Position numbers and translations under genes: made by a program
Shown: positions 1 through 8,259 of the stretch, one piece after another
Position numbering within the stretch: the first letter of the stretch is position 1
Layout: every line of letters begins with the position of its first letter
The notes under the pieces: model-generated
The model's input: only the letters and a program-made list of their open reading frames with translations
Database searches by the model: none
What the model was told of the DNA's origin: nothing
DNA from: Armatimonadota bacterium
Lineage (GTDB): Bacteria; Sysuimicrobiota; Sysuimicrobiia; Sysuimicrobiales; Humicultoraceae
Assembly: GCA_037446215.1 (NCBI GenBank)
Contig: JBBIJB010000016.1
Coordinates: 8,292 to 18,585, forward strand
DNA: 10,294 bases
Direction: 5' to 3'

Positions 1-2
1 TG

Positions 3-566
3 AGCACCGGGGGGATCGGGGGAGTCCATCTCGGCGAGGGCACGGGAGACGTCTCCGCAGACCTGGGCGCGCTCTGCAGGTACCCCGTGGTGGTCGTCTG
101 CAGTGGGGCCAAGGCCATCTGCGATACAAGGAAGACCGCCGAGGCTCTGGACTCCCTCGGCGTGACCGTAGTCGGGTTCCGGACGGGCTGGATGCCTGCA
201 TTCCTGGCGAGATCGGAGAGGGTCGCGGTGCCGCACCGCGCCGACTCGCTAGGAGAGATCGCCTCCATAGCGACGGCCAAGCTGGAGATGGGGAGTAGGA
301 CGGCGCTGTTGGTGGTGCAACAGCCGCCCGAAGAGACGGCACTAGAGGAGAGCGTCCAGGATCGGGCTGTGGCGGGAGCGATCGCTCGCGCCCGCGCGGC
401 CAGAGTTGAGGGTGCCGCGCTCACACCCTATCTCCTGGCTGCCATCCTCGAGGCCACGGACGGCAGATCGCTCGGCTCCAACCTGGCGCTGCTCGAAGAG
501 AACGCCCGGCTCGCGGCGGCTATCGCGGTCGAGTTGGCAGTACGCGACGAACCGGCGGGCCGGTGA
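3..566 (+). CDS. psuG: Pseudouridine-5'-phosphate glycosidase, 3' part (5' end outside window)
   Basis: Frame is open from position 3 and reads STGGIGGVHLGEGTGDVSADL...VVVVCSGAKAICD...LTPYLL...SLGSNLALLEENARLAAAIA. This matches the PsuG/IndA family motifs TGGIGGVH, DxSADL, CxGAK, TPxLL and NxALxxxNA. Stop is TGA 564-566. Confidence 0.9.
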   Translation, partial: STGGIGGVHLGEGTGDVSADLGALCRYPVVVVCSGAKAICDTRKTAEALDSLGVTVVGFRTGWMPAFLARSERVAVPHRADSLGEIASIATAKLEMGSRTALLVVQQPPEETALEESVQDRAVAGAIARARAARVEGAALTPYLLAAILEATDGRSLGSNLALLEENARLAAAIAVELAVRDEPAGR

Positions 567-662
567 GGCGGGAGCCCACCGGAGGGAATAAAAGCCCGCG
601 CGGGGAAAGACCGAACAGCGTGTGCGCGCTGGCACGGACCAGACCGGAACCGGGAGGACGGC

Positions 663-1496
663 TTGACCGCGAGGACGGTGCGGGGCAGGGGAGAGGGCGG
701 CGAGAGCGCCGGGGCGACGATACGGGCGGCCAGGGCCGCTCGGGGCATGTCGCTCGCGGATCTGCACACGGCCACGAAGGTGGCGGTGCGACTGCTGGCC
801 GCACTGGAGGAGGACCGCTACGAAGAGCTGCCTCCGATCGCGTTCACGCGGGGCTTCGTGAAGTCCGTTGCTCGTGAGCTGGGCCTGGACCCGGTACCGT
901 TGCTCCGTGCCGTGGAGTCCGCGATGGGAGCGGCAGCCCGCACCAAGCCCGGGGTGGCATCCCTGGAGGTAGCGGTCGTCCTGGCCGCCAGGAGATCGGG
1001 CCGGCGACGCCTCCTCGCGGTGGCCGGGGCTGCCGCGATCTTCCTGGCTGCGGCGGTGTCCTACTCCGTCTATCGTCAGGTCAGGGAGTTCGACCTTCCC
1101 TTCCCAACCGCGGTCACACCCTCTCCGGAGCCGGTCTCGCCCGCGGCTTCCCCGCAGGCGGCACCTTCTCCTCAGGTCGCGTCCCCGGCGCAGCCGGCCA
1201 CAGCGGCCTCGCCGCCGACGGCCGACATCGGGTCGCAGGCTGGGGCAGGCGCAGGGGCGAGCGTTACGATTGAGATGAGCGCCACGGGGCGTTCGTGGAT
1301 ACGCGTCTCTGCCGGGGGCAGGCTGGTCTACGAGGGGTTCATCGGGGCGGGCCAACAGCGCAGGTGGCAGGCGAGCGGCCCGGTAACGGTCCGCCTGGGC
1401 AATGCGGGCGCGGTGGCCCTCACGGTGAACGGGAGGGCGCTGGGAGTGATTGGAGGAAGTGGTGAGGTCGTTGAGCGCACGTTCGGCGGTGAGTAG
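663..1496 (+). CDS. rodZ: RodZ/YmfM-like protein: N-terminal XRE-type HTH, one TM helix, Pro/Ala/Ser linker, C-terminal DUF4115-like domain
   Basis: HTH: GATIRAARAARGMSLADLHTATKVAVRLLAALEEDRYEELPPIAFTRGFVKSVARELGLD. Basic patch RRSGRRR precedes hydrophobic LLAVAGAAAIFLAAAVSYSVY. C-terminus SWIRVSAGG...VRLGNAGAVALTVNG is RodZ-like. SD GGAGG 653-657 precedes TTG 663. Confidence 0.85.
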   Translation: MTARTVRGRGEGGESAGATIRAARAARGMSLADLHTATKVAVRLLAALEEDRYEELPPIAFTRGFVKSVARELGLDPVPLLRAVESAMGAAARTKPGVASLEVAVVLAARRSGRRRLLAVAGAAAIFLAAAVSYSVYRQVREFDLPFPTAVTPSPEPVSPAASPQAAPSPQVASPAQPATAASPPTADIGSQAGAGAGASVTIEMSATGRSWIRVSAGGRLVYEGFIGAGQQRRWQASGPVTVRLGNAGAVALTVNGRALGVIGGSGEVVERTFGGE

Positions 1497-1535
1497 CAGG
1501 GGCCTTCCGTACGGTTCTGGCAGGCAGGACACGCC

Positions 1536-2777
1536 ATGAGAGCCGAGATCGTCTCAGTGGGGACGGAGCTGCTCCTCGGTCAGATCACAGACACCAACGC
1601 CACGTTCCTGGCCCGCGTGCTGGCAGAGCATGGGATCGGCCTCCTGGCCAAGCAGACCGTCGGCGACAACCTGGCACGCATCACAGCATCCATCCGGCTG
1701 GCCCTCGGCCGGTCAGATCTGGTCATCACGACCGGAGGACTGGGCCCGACGGAGGACGATCTGACCGCGGAGGCTGCTGCGGCCGCGGTCGGTGTGGCCA
1801 TGGTCTTCGACCAGGAGGTGGCCGACTCGATCTCCCGCTTCTTCTCGAGGCGGAGGCGGCAGCCCCCGGACTCGGTCTTTCGACAGGCCCGGATACCAGA
1901 GGGAGCAGAGGTCGTCCCGAACCGCCACGGCACGGCACCCGGCCTGATCCTCCCCGTTGGTGACGGCCGGACCATCTTCATGCTGCCCGGAGTCCCCCGA
2001 GAGATGGAGGGCCTCGTAGCCGATGGCCTGCGGCCCTGGCTCGAGTCCCGGGGAGGGGCCGAGGTCATACGCTCCAGGGTCCTGCGGATCACCGGCCTCG
2101 GCGAGTCCGCCGTCGAGGAGCTGGTGAGGGATCTGATCCACGGTGAGAACCCGACGGTGGCACCGCTGGCCAAGCTCGGCGAGGTGAACCTCCGTATCAC
2201 CGCCAGAGGCACTCCGACAGACGTGGAGGGTATGCTGGATAGGGTCGAGCAGGGGCTCCGCGATCGGCTCGGTGACGCGGTCTTCGGTAGGGACGGGGAG
2301 AGCCTCGAAGGGGTGGTGGCAGGGACCCTGATAGCGAAGGGCCTGACGCTCGCGCTCGCGGAGTCGTGCACAGGGGGCCTTGTGGCCGCCCGCCTGACCG
2401 ACGTGCCGGGAAGCTCTGCCTTCATGCTCGCCGGGTACGTTGCTTACAGCAACGAGGCGAAGGCGCGCGACCTGGGCGTTCCCCTTGATCTGATCGAGGG
2501 CCACGGTGCGGTAAGCCGTGAGGTCGCCGCTGCCATGGCGACCGGGGCGCGATCGAGGGCGGGCGCGGACATAGGCCTCGCGATCACCGGCATAGCCGGG
2601 CCGACCGGAGCCACTGAGTTCAAGCAGGTAGGGCTCGTCTACATAGCGATCGCCACCGACGGAGGCGAGATGGTCCGAGAGCTGCGCTTGGGCAGCGAGC
2701 CGGGGAGAAAGGCGCTGCGTCACCTGGCAAGCCAGGCCGCCCTGAACGCGCTGAGAATGGAGGTCGCGAGGAGGTGA
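1536..2777 (+). CDS. cinA: Competence/damage-inducible protein A (MoCF-like domain plus NMN deamidase PncC domain)
   Basis: N-terminal SVGTELLLGQITDTNA, TGGLGPTEDDLT, GTAPG and LPGVPREM. C-terminal AESCTGG, YSNEAK, GAVSREVAAAMA and ITGIAGP. The position upstream of recA is typical. Confidence 0.95.
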   Translation: MRAEIVSVGTELLLGQITDTNATFLARVLAEHGIGLLAKQTVGDNLARITASIRLALGRSDLVITTGGLGPTEDDLTAEAAAAAVGVAMVFDQEVADSISRFFSRRRRQPPDSVFRQARIPEGAEVVPNRHGTAPGLILPVGDGRTIFMLPGVPREMEGLVADGLRPWLESRGGAEVIRSRVLRITGLGESAVEELVRDLIHGENPTVAPLAKLGEVNLRITARGTPTDVEGMLDRVEQGLRDRLGDAVFGRDGESLEGVVAGTLIAKGLTLALAESCTGGLVAARLTDVPGSSAFMLAGYVAYSNEAKARDLGVPLDLIEGHGAVSREVAAAMATGARSRAGADIGLAITGIAGPTGATEFKQVGLVYIAIATDGGEMVRELRLGSEPGRKALRHLASQAALNALRMEVARR

Positions 2778-3364
2778 CGCTGTACCGGACGTTCATCTCC
2801 GTGGAAATCAGCCCCGAGACCAGGGGCCGAATCGCCACCGTCCAGAAGCGGATGCAGGGGGCGGGAGCCGAGTTGCGCTGGGTGAGGGAGCACAACCTCC
2901 ACTTCACGCTGAGCTTCCTCGGTGAGATCCCGGCGGCGCAGGTCGCCCGGGCGGTAGTGGCCGCGCGTACCGTCGCGGAGAAGTTCCGGCCGTTCAAGGT
3001 AGAGGTGGGAGGCCTGGGCGCCTTTCCCAGCATGGAGCGGCCGCAGGTGGTCTGGGTCGGGACGCGCGAGGGAGGCGACGGGCTCGAGCGGCTCGCGGGA
3101 GCGCTGGCGGCGGCCCTTGAGCAGAACAGGGTACGGACGGACGGAAGGCCCTTCCGGCCCCACATAACAATAGGCCGGCAGCGCGATCAGAGGCAGTGGG
3201 GCGAGGTCGTCCGTGCGCTCCGTGAGCATCGGGACGACCGGTTCGGAACGGAGAGCGTGGAGGCGATCTCGGTCATGGAGAGCCGCCTGACCCCGGAGGG
3301 TCCTATCTACTCGACCAGGGAGCAGGTTCCCCTGGGAGCTGGGTTGAATGCTCCCCCTGGCTAG
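2774..3364 (+). CDS. thpR: RNA 2',3'-cyclic phosphodiesterase (2H phosphoesterase, LigT/ThpR)
   Basis: Two HxT motifs (NLHFTLSFLG, FRPHITIGR), plus GLGAFP, VVWVG and C-terminal ESRLTPEGPIY. GTG start overlaps the cinA stop (GTGA 2774-2777). Confidence 0.93.
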   Translation: MTLYRTFISVEISPETRGRIATVQKRMQGAGAELRWVREHNLHFTLSFLGEIPAAQVARAVVAARTVAEKFRPFKVEVGGLGAFPSMERPQVVWVGTREGGDGLERLAGALAAALEQNRVRTDGRPFRPHITIGRQRDQRQWGEVVRALREHRDDRFGTESVEAISVMESRLTPEGPIYSTREQVPLGAGLNAPPG

Positions 3365-3409
3365 GCCCCAAACCCCTTACATCGTCACACGCTGCCGCCA
3401 GTTGCATTG

Positions 3410-3438
3410 TTGACATGCGAACATTTGTTTGGTATTCT
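3410..3438 (+). promoter_or_regulatory. sigma70/sigmaA promoter of recA
   Basis: TTGACA 3410-3415, 17-bp spacer, TATTCT 3433-3438 with extended -10 TG at 3430-3431. It lies in an AT-rich patch within GC-rich sequence. Confidence 0.85.
3418..3431. promoter_or_regulatory. LexA operator (Gram-positive-type SOS box, GAAC-N4-GTTY)
   Basis: CGAAC-ATTT-GTTTG lies between the -35 and -10 elements of the recA promoter. Confidence 0.85.
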
Positions 3439-3473
3439 GGCGCCAACCGCGGTCAAGCAGGAGGTCGGGGAGG

Positions 3474-4541
3474 ATGACTGAGCGCCAGCGGGCACTGGAC
3501 CTGGCCCTTTCCCAGATCGAGAAGCAGTTCGGCAAGGGCTCGATAATGCGGCTGGGTGAGGCCTCGGCCAAGTTGCAGGTGGATGTCATACCCACCGGGG
3601 CGTTGGCGCTGGACCTCGCCCTGGGTGTAGGCGGGGTGCCGCGCGGGCGCGTGGTTGAGATATACGGGCCTGAGGCCTCCGGCAAGACAACGCTTGGATA
3701 CCACATAATAGGCGAGGCGCAGCGTGAAGGTGGAGTCGCCGCGTTCATCGACGCGGAGCACGCCCTAGATCCGGTCTACGCGCGCGCCGTCGGCGTGGAC
3801 GTCGACAACCTTCTCCTCTCCCAGCCGGACAGCGGTGAGCAGGCGCTGGAGATCGCCGAGACGCTCGTGAGGAGCGGAGCCATCGACGTCGTAGTCGTGG
3901 ACTCGGTGGCGGCGCTGGTGCCCCGTGCCGAGCTCGAAGGGGAGATGGGCGATTCGCACGTGGGACTGCAGGCGAGGCTGATGTCCCAGGCACTCCGCAA
4001 ACTCGTCGGCACAATAAGCCGCTCTCGCACGACGGTCGTGTTCATCAACCAGATCCGCGAGAAGATCGGGGTGATGTTCGGCAACCCGGAGACGACGACA
4101 GGGGGGCGGGCGCTCAAGTTCTACTCCTCGGTCCGGATGGAGATCCGCAAGACCGAGAACCTGAAGAGCGGCGACGAGGTCAAGGGCATGCGCGCGCGCG
4201 TGAAGGTCGTCAAGAACAAGGTCGCGCCGCCGTTTCGGGACGCGGAGGTTGACATCATCTACGGGCATGGCATCTCGCGAAGCAGCAGCATCCTCGACGT
4301 AGCCGTCGCCAAGGGGCTTGTGACACGGTCTGGAACCTGGTTCAACTACGGCGAGATGCGCCTCGGTCAGGGAAGGGACAACGCCAGGGAGTTCCTGGAC
4401 ACCAACCCCGAGGTCATGCGCGAGATGGAGCATCGCGTGCGCGAGGCTCACGGGTTGGTGCGTCCCCAGCCAAGGGTAGCGGCCCAGGAGCCTCCGGCCG
4501 AGCCCGCTCCGCGACAGGCGCAGGCTCGGGTCAAGGGGTAG
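3474..4541 (+). CDS. recA: Recombinase A (355 aa)
   Basis: [22 protein letters not shown], Walker [62 protein letters not shown] and [11 protein letters not shown] 3474 follows SD AGGAGGT (3459-3465) and is preferred to the ORF-track start at 3429, which lies inside the promoter. Confidence 0.99.
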   Translation: MTERQRALDLALSQIEKQFGKGSIMRLGEASAKLQVDVIPTGALALDLALGVGGVPRGRVVEIYGPEASGKTTLGYHIIGEAQREGGVAAFIDAEHALDPVYARAVGVDVDNLLLSQPDSGEQALEIAETLVRSGAIDVVVVDSVAALVPRAELEGEMGDSHVGLQARLMSQALRKLVGTISRSRTTVVFINQIREKIGVMFGNPETTTGGRALKFYSSVRMEIRKTENLKSGDEVKGMRARVKVVKNKVAPPFRDAEVDIIYGHGISRSSSILDVAVAKGLVTRSGTWFNYGEMRLGQGRDNAREFLDTNPEVMREMEHRVREAHGLVRPQPRVAAQEPPAEPAPRQAQARVKG

Positions 4542-4586
4542 CACACGGCTGAACCTCCGGCGTCAGGCCGAGCGAGCCAACCTGGC

Positions 4587-5234
4587 ATGAGGGTGCGCAC
4601 CCCTGCGGGGAACCCTCGAATCCGCCGTGTAGAGATCGAGGGTGCAGGCGTCTTCACGATCGACGCCGAGGATGCCAGCAGGCTCGGTCTCACAGACCTG
4701 TCCCAGGTCGATGCGCAGACCGCCGAGCGCGTGGCCAGGGTCGCGCTGCTGCGGTCGGCCCGGGCGGCCGCGCTGCGCCTCCTGGACCGCCGTCCCAGGT
4801 CCAGGGCCGAGATCCAAGCCGCGTTGGGGCGCCGAGTCCCGCGGGGGATCGCGGCCGCGGTGGTTGCCGGACTCGCCAGGGAGGGCTGGCTGGACGACGC
4901 CAAGTTCGCGCAGGCCTGGATACGTGATCGCATCGCGCTCCGCCCCATGGGGCGCCGCAGAATAGCCGCCGAACTCCGGAGGCGTGGGGTGCCGGCCCCG
5001 ATCGTGGAGGCGCAGCTCGACGCCCTCCTGCCGCCGGACCGCGAGGAGCAGGAGGCGCAGGCTTCCGCGAGAAGGCGATGGGCGACCATGCGAGGGCTCT
5101 CCCCGGACGCTGCCCGTCGGAGGCTGGCCGGCTGGCTGATGCGCCGAGGCTACTCAGCGGGCGTCGTTGCAGGTGTGCTCAGGGGCATCGACGCCCAGCG
5201 TGATCGGGGAGGGGGTGAGCCCCCTGATGAGTGA
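4587..5234 (+). CDS. recX: Regulatory protein RecX (start uncertain; see findings)
   Basis: AALRLLDRRPRSRAEI, GWLDDAKFA, GRRRIAAELRRRGV and RRLAGWLMRRGYS are RecX helical-repeat motifs. The gene lies directly downstream of recA. Confidence 0.9.
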   Translation: MRVRTPAGNPRIRRVEIEGAGVFTIDAEDASRLGLTDLSQVDAQTAERVARVALLRSARAAALRLLDRRPRSRAEIQAALGRRVPRGIAAAVVAGLAREGWLDDAKFAQAWIRDRIALRPMGRRRIAAELRRRGVPAPIVEAQLDALLPPDREEQEAQASARRRWATMRGLSPDAARRRLAGWLMRRGYSAGVVAGVLRGIDAQRDRGGGEPPDE

Positions 5235-8200
5235 CGCAGGACCTCACGGGATCGGACAGCTCGCCCTGGACCTCTCCGCCCGGGGGCCCGCAGGCGACCC
5301 CCTAGGTCCGGAGGAGCGCACGGTCGAGGGCCTCACCCCCGCGCAGGCTGCTGCCGTAACCCACGGCGAGGGACCGCTGCTGATCGTCGCCGGCGCGGGA
5401 ACCGGAAAGACCACTGTGATAACCCGGAGGATAGCCTGGCTGATCGCCACGCGCCGCGCCAGGCCCTCAGAGATACTTGCCCTGACGTTCACCGACAAGG
5501 CAGCGGCCGAGATGGAGTCGCGGGTTGACGAGCTGGTGCCGTACGGCTACGTGGATGCGTGGATCGGCACATTCCACGCCTTCGGGGACCGTCTCCTGCG
5601 GGAGCAGGCGCTCGAGGCAGGGCTCCAGCCGGACTTCCGGGTCCTCTCACGGCCGGAGCAGTTCATATTCCTGCGCGACCGGCTCTTCCAGATGCCGCTC
5701 GAGCGCTACAGGCCGCTGGGCGACCCTAGCAGATACGTCCATGCCATACTGAGGCTCATCGACCGCGCCAAGGACGAGGACATCTCCCCCGGGGCCTACG
5801 CGGACTACGCAGCGCGCCTTCGCGCATCTGGCGCGGAGGCGGATGGAGCCCCGGCGGGGGAGGGCCGCGAAAGCGAGGCGGCGGCCTCCCACGAGGAGCT
5901 GGCGGCCACGTACGCAGCGTATGAGGCGGCGCTGCGGGTGGCCGGCTGCGCGGACTTCGGAGACCTGATAGCACTGCCTCTGCGACTCCTGAGGGAGCGC
6001 ACTGACATCCTGAGGCGCTACCAGGAGCGGTACCGCTACATCCTCGTTGACGAGTTCCAGGATACCAACCACGCGCAGTTCGAGCTGGTGAAGCTGCTCG
6101 CCTCACCGCACGGCAACGTGACGGTGGTGGGCGACGACGACCAGGCGATCTACAAGTTCCGGGGCGCGGCGATAAGCAACATCCTCGGCTTCTCGACCAC
6201 GTACCCACGGGCCGCCCGGGTCGTGCTGACCGATAACTTCCGGTCGCCGCAGTCGGTACTGGACTCCGCCTACCGGCTCATTCAACACAACAACCCCGAT
6301 CGCCTCGAGGTACGCGAAGGCCTCGACAAGCGCCTGGCGAGCGCGATCGGAGCCGGGCTGCCCGTGGAGCAGACGCAGTTTGCGACGATGAGCGACGAGG
6401 CAGACGCGGTAGCGACGGCGATCGCGGAGCACGTCTCGGCAGGGGGAAGACGGTCCGACTGCGCAATCCTCGTGCGGTCCAACCAGGACGCCGATCCGTT
6501 CCTGCGCGCGCTGAACGTCAGGGGCATCCCGTGGTGGTTCTCGGGAACGAGAGGCCTCTACGATCGTGAGGAGGTCAGGGTCGCGCTGGCGTTCCTGCGC
6601 GTCCTGGCCGATCCCGCGGACAACCTGAGCCTATATTACCTGGGTACCTCGCCGCTCTACCTGGTCGACTCGAAGGACATGGCCCTGGCTCTCGCGCACG
6701 CCAAAAGACGCAACAGGTCGCTGGAGCACACGATTCGCCGGCTCTGGGACTCCCCGGAGGTCGGCGGAGAGATGTCCCCTGAGAGCAGGGCCGCGGTCGG
6801 CAGACTCGCCGAGGATCTGGATGAGATGCGGGCATTGATGCGCCAGCATCCGACGGGCCGTGTCCTCTACGAGTACCTGGTGACCCGCACCGGCTACGTC
6901 CGAAGGCTGGCCACGTCGGAGCAGCCCGGTGACGAGGTACGGGTGGCGAACCTGGCCAGGCTGTTCGACGTCATAGCCAGGCACGGCGCGGTCTCGGTGT
7001 ACGACAGGGTTCCCGAGTTCGTGCGCAGGATGGAGGACCTCATCGCGGCGGGGGACGATCCGCCTTCGCCGCCCCCCGACCCGGAGTTCGACGGCGTTCA
7101 GGTCCTCACCGTCCACAAGGCAAAGGGCCTGGAGTTCCCTCTTGTCTTCATGGTCAGCTGCGTTGCGGACCGCTTCCCACTTCGCAGGCGGGGCGATCTC
7201 CTCGACCTGCCGGACGAGCTCGTGCGTGACCGGGAGGTGCTACCGTCCGGGGACAGCCACCTGCAGGAGGAGAGGAGGCTGTTCTACGTGGGCATGACCC
7301 GCGCCAAGGAGAGGCTGGTGCTGACAGGAGGCCAGGACTACGGGGGGGTAAGACCGCGCAAGATCAGCCGGTTCATCCTGGAGGCCCTGGATCGCCCTTC
7401 GCCAGGGGCGGTGGCAGCCCGCTCGTCTCCGGCAGAGGCCATAGAACGCCATGCTCCGCCTGCGGGGACTGACTCGGTCCTTCCCGGGCTCCTTCCCGCG
7501 CGCGGCACCGTCACCCTCTCGTTCAGGCAGGTGGACGACTACCAGGCATGCCCGCTGAAGTACAAGTACACCCACATCCTCCGCGTACCGCTGCTGCGCG
7601 ACCACAGGGTCGTCTACGGGGCGGCAGTGCACGCGGGTGCCATGGAGTACAACCGGCGCCGGGCGCGCGGCCAGGCGGTGGGCCCGGAAGACCTGATCCG
7701 GGCGTTCGAGAGGGTGTGGGTGTCGGATGGCTTCATCAGCCGCGAGCACGAGGACCGGCGGCTTGCCGAGGGGAGGACAGTGCTGCGCGCTTTCTTCGAC
7801 TACCAGGCCGCGAGCGGAACGGTTCCGACGATGGTGGAGAGCAAGTTCTCGTTCCAAACAGGCGACACGCGCGTTCGCGGAAGATGGGACCGTGTGGATG
7901 TGAGGTCGGCCGGGGGCGAGACAGTGGTAATCGACTTCAAGACCAGCGATGTCAGGACCCAGAAGGATGCCGACCGGCGATCCCGGGAAAGCCTTCAGCT
8001 GTCCATCTACGGGCTCGCCTACGTGAGGCAGTACGGAGCGGTCCCCGACCGGCTGGAGCTGCACTTCCTGAGCCCGCGTGGGGTCCTCGTCGGACGATCG
8101 TCGCCCGCGCCTGAGAGGCTGGAGGAAGCCGAAACCGAGATCGCCGCCGCCTCGGAGGGCATACGCCAGGCCAGGTTCGCGGCCACTCCCGACTACTACC

Positions 8201-8258
8201 GCGCCTGCCGCTACTGCGCCTTGCTTCGATCTGTCCCTACACCGCGGGGAGGGACTAG
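5227..8258 (+). CDS. UvrD/PcrA-family SF1 helicase with C-terminal RecB/AddB-like PD-(D/E)XK Fe-S nuclease; apparent 1-nt frameshift near the 3' end (as read, the frame continues into rmuC to 9444)
   Basis: Helicase motifs: AGAGTGKT, LTFTDKAA, TFHAF, LVDEFQD, VGDDDQAIYKFRGA, NFRS, ILVRSN, TVHKAKGLEF, EERRLFYVGMTRAK. Nuclease motifs: YQACP, GRWDR, IDFKT, QLSIY, CRYC. ATG 5227 overlaps the recX end and follows GGAGGGGG. The -1 frame from 8223 reads ASICPYTAGRD and stops at TAG 8256-8258. Confidence 0.85.
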
Positions 8259-8259
8259 A

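Noticed and set aside
581..616. Purine-rich patch GGAGGGAATAAAAG, palindrome CCCGCGCGGG and a possible alternative-sigma promoter
   Set aside because: It is too short and the spacing matches no consensus I can support.
612..626. CGAAC half-site upstream of rodZ as a second LexA box
   Set aside because: The right half (AGCG-TGTG) does not match GTTY.
1105..1260. Imperfect SPQ/SPA repeats in the RodZ linker
   Set aside because: This is an ordinary low-complexity linker for this family, not a discrete DNA repeat array.
1494..1538. rodZ TAG is also in frame with cinA with no intervening stop, which could suggest amber recoding
   Set aside because: This is easily expected by chance in GC-rich DNA. 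Both proteins are complete, cinA has its own SD-like AGGA, no TAG interrupts a conserved domain, and the thpR TAG is a true gene end.
3402..3420. Weak inverted repeat TTGCAT-N7-ATGCGA over the recA -35 element
   Set aside because: The arms are short and mismatched, and largely explained by the promoter and LexA box sequence.
3429..5226. ORF-track starts at 3429 (recA) and 5167 (helicase)
   Set aside because: Both are upstream TTG codons, one inside the promoter and one inside recX. ATG 3474 and ATG 5227 have SD sequences and fit better.
8212..8226. Programmed -1 ribosomal frameshift at the helicase-rmuC junction
   Set aside because: No canonical slippery heptamer is present; a 1-nt deletion or sequencing error is more parsimonious.
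7520..8258. Cas4-like Fe-S nuclease suggesting a CRISPR or anti-phage defence system
   Set aside because: There are no repeat-spacer arrays, cas genes, mobile-element signatures or obvious composition shift, and the context is housekeeping DNA repair.
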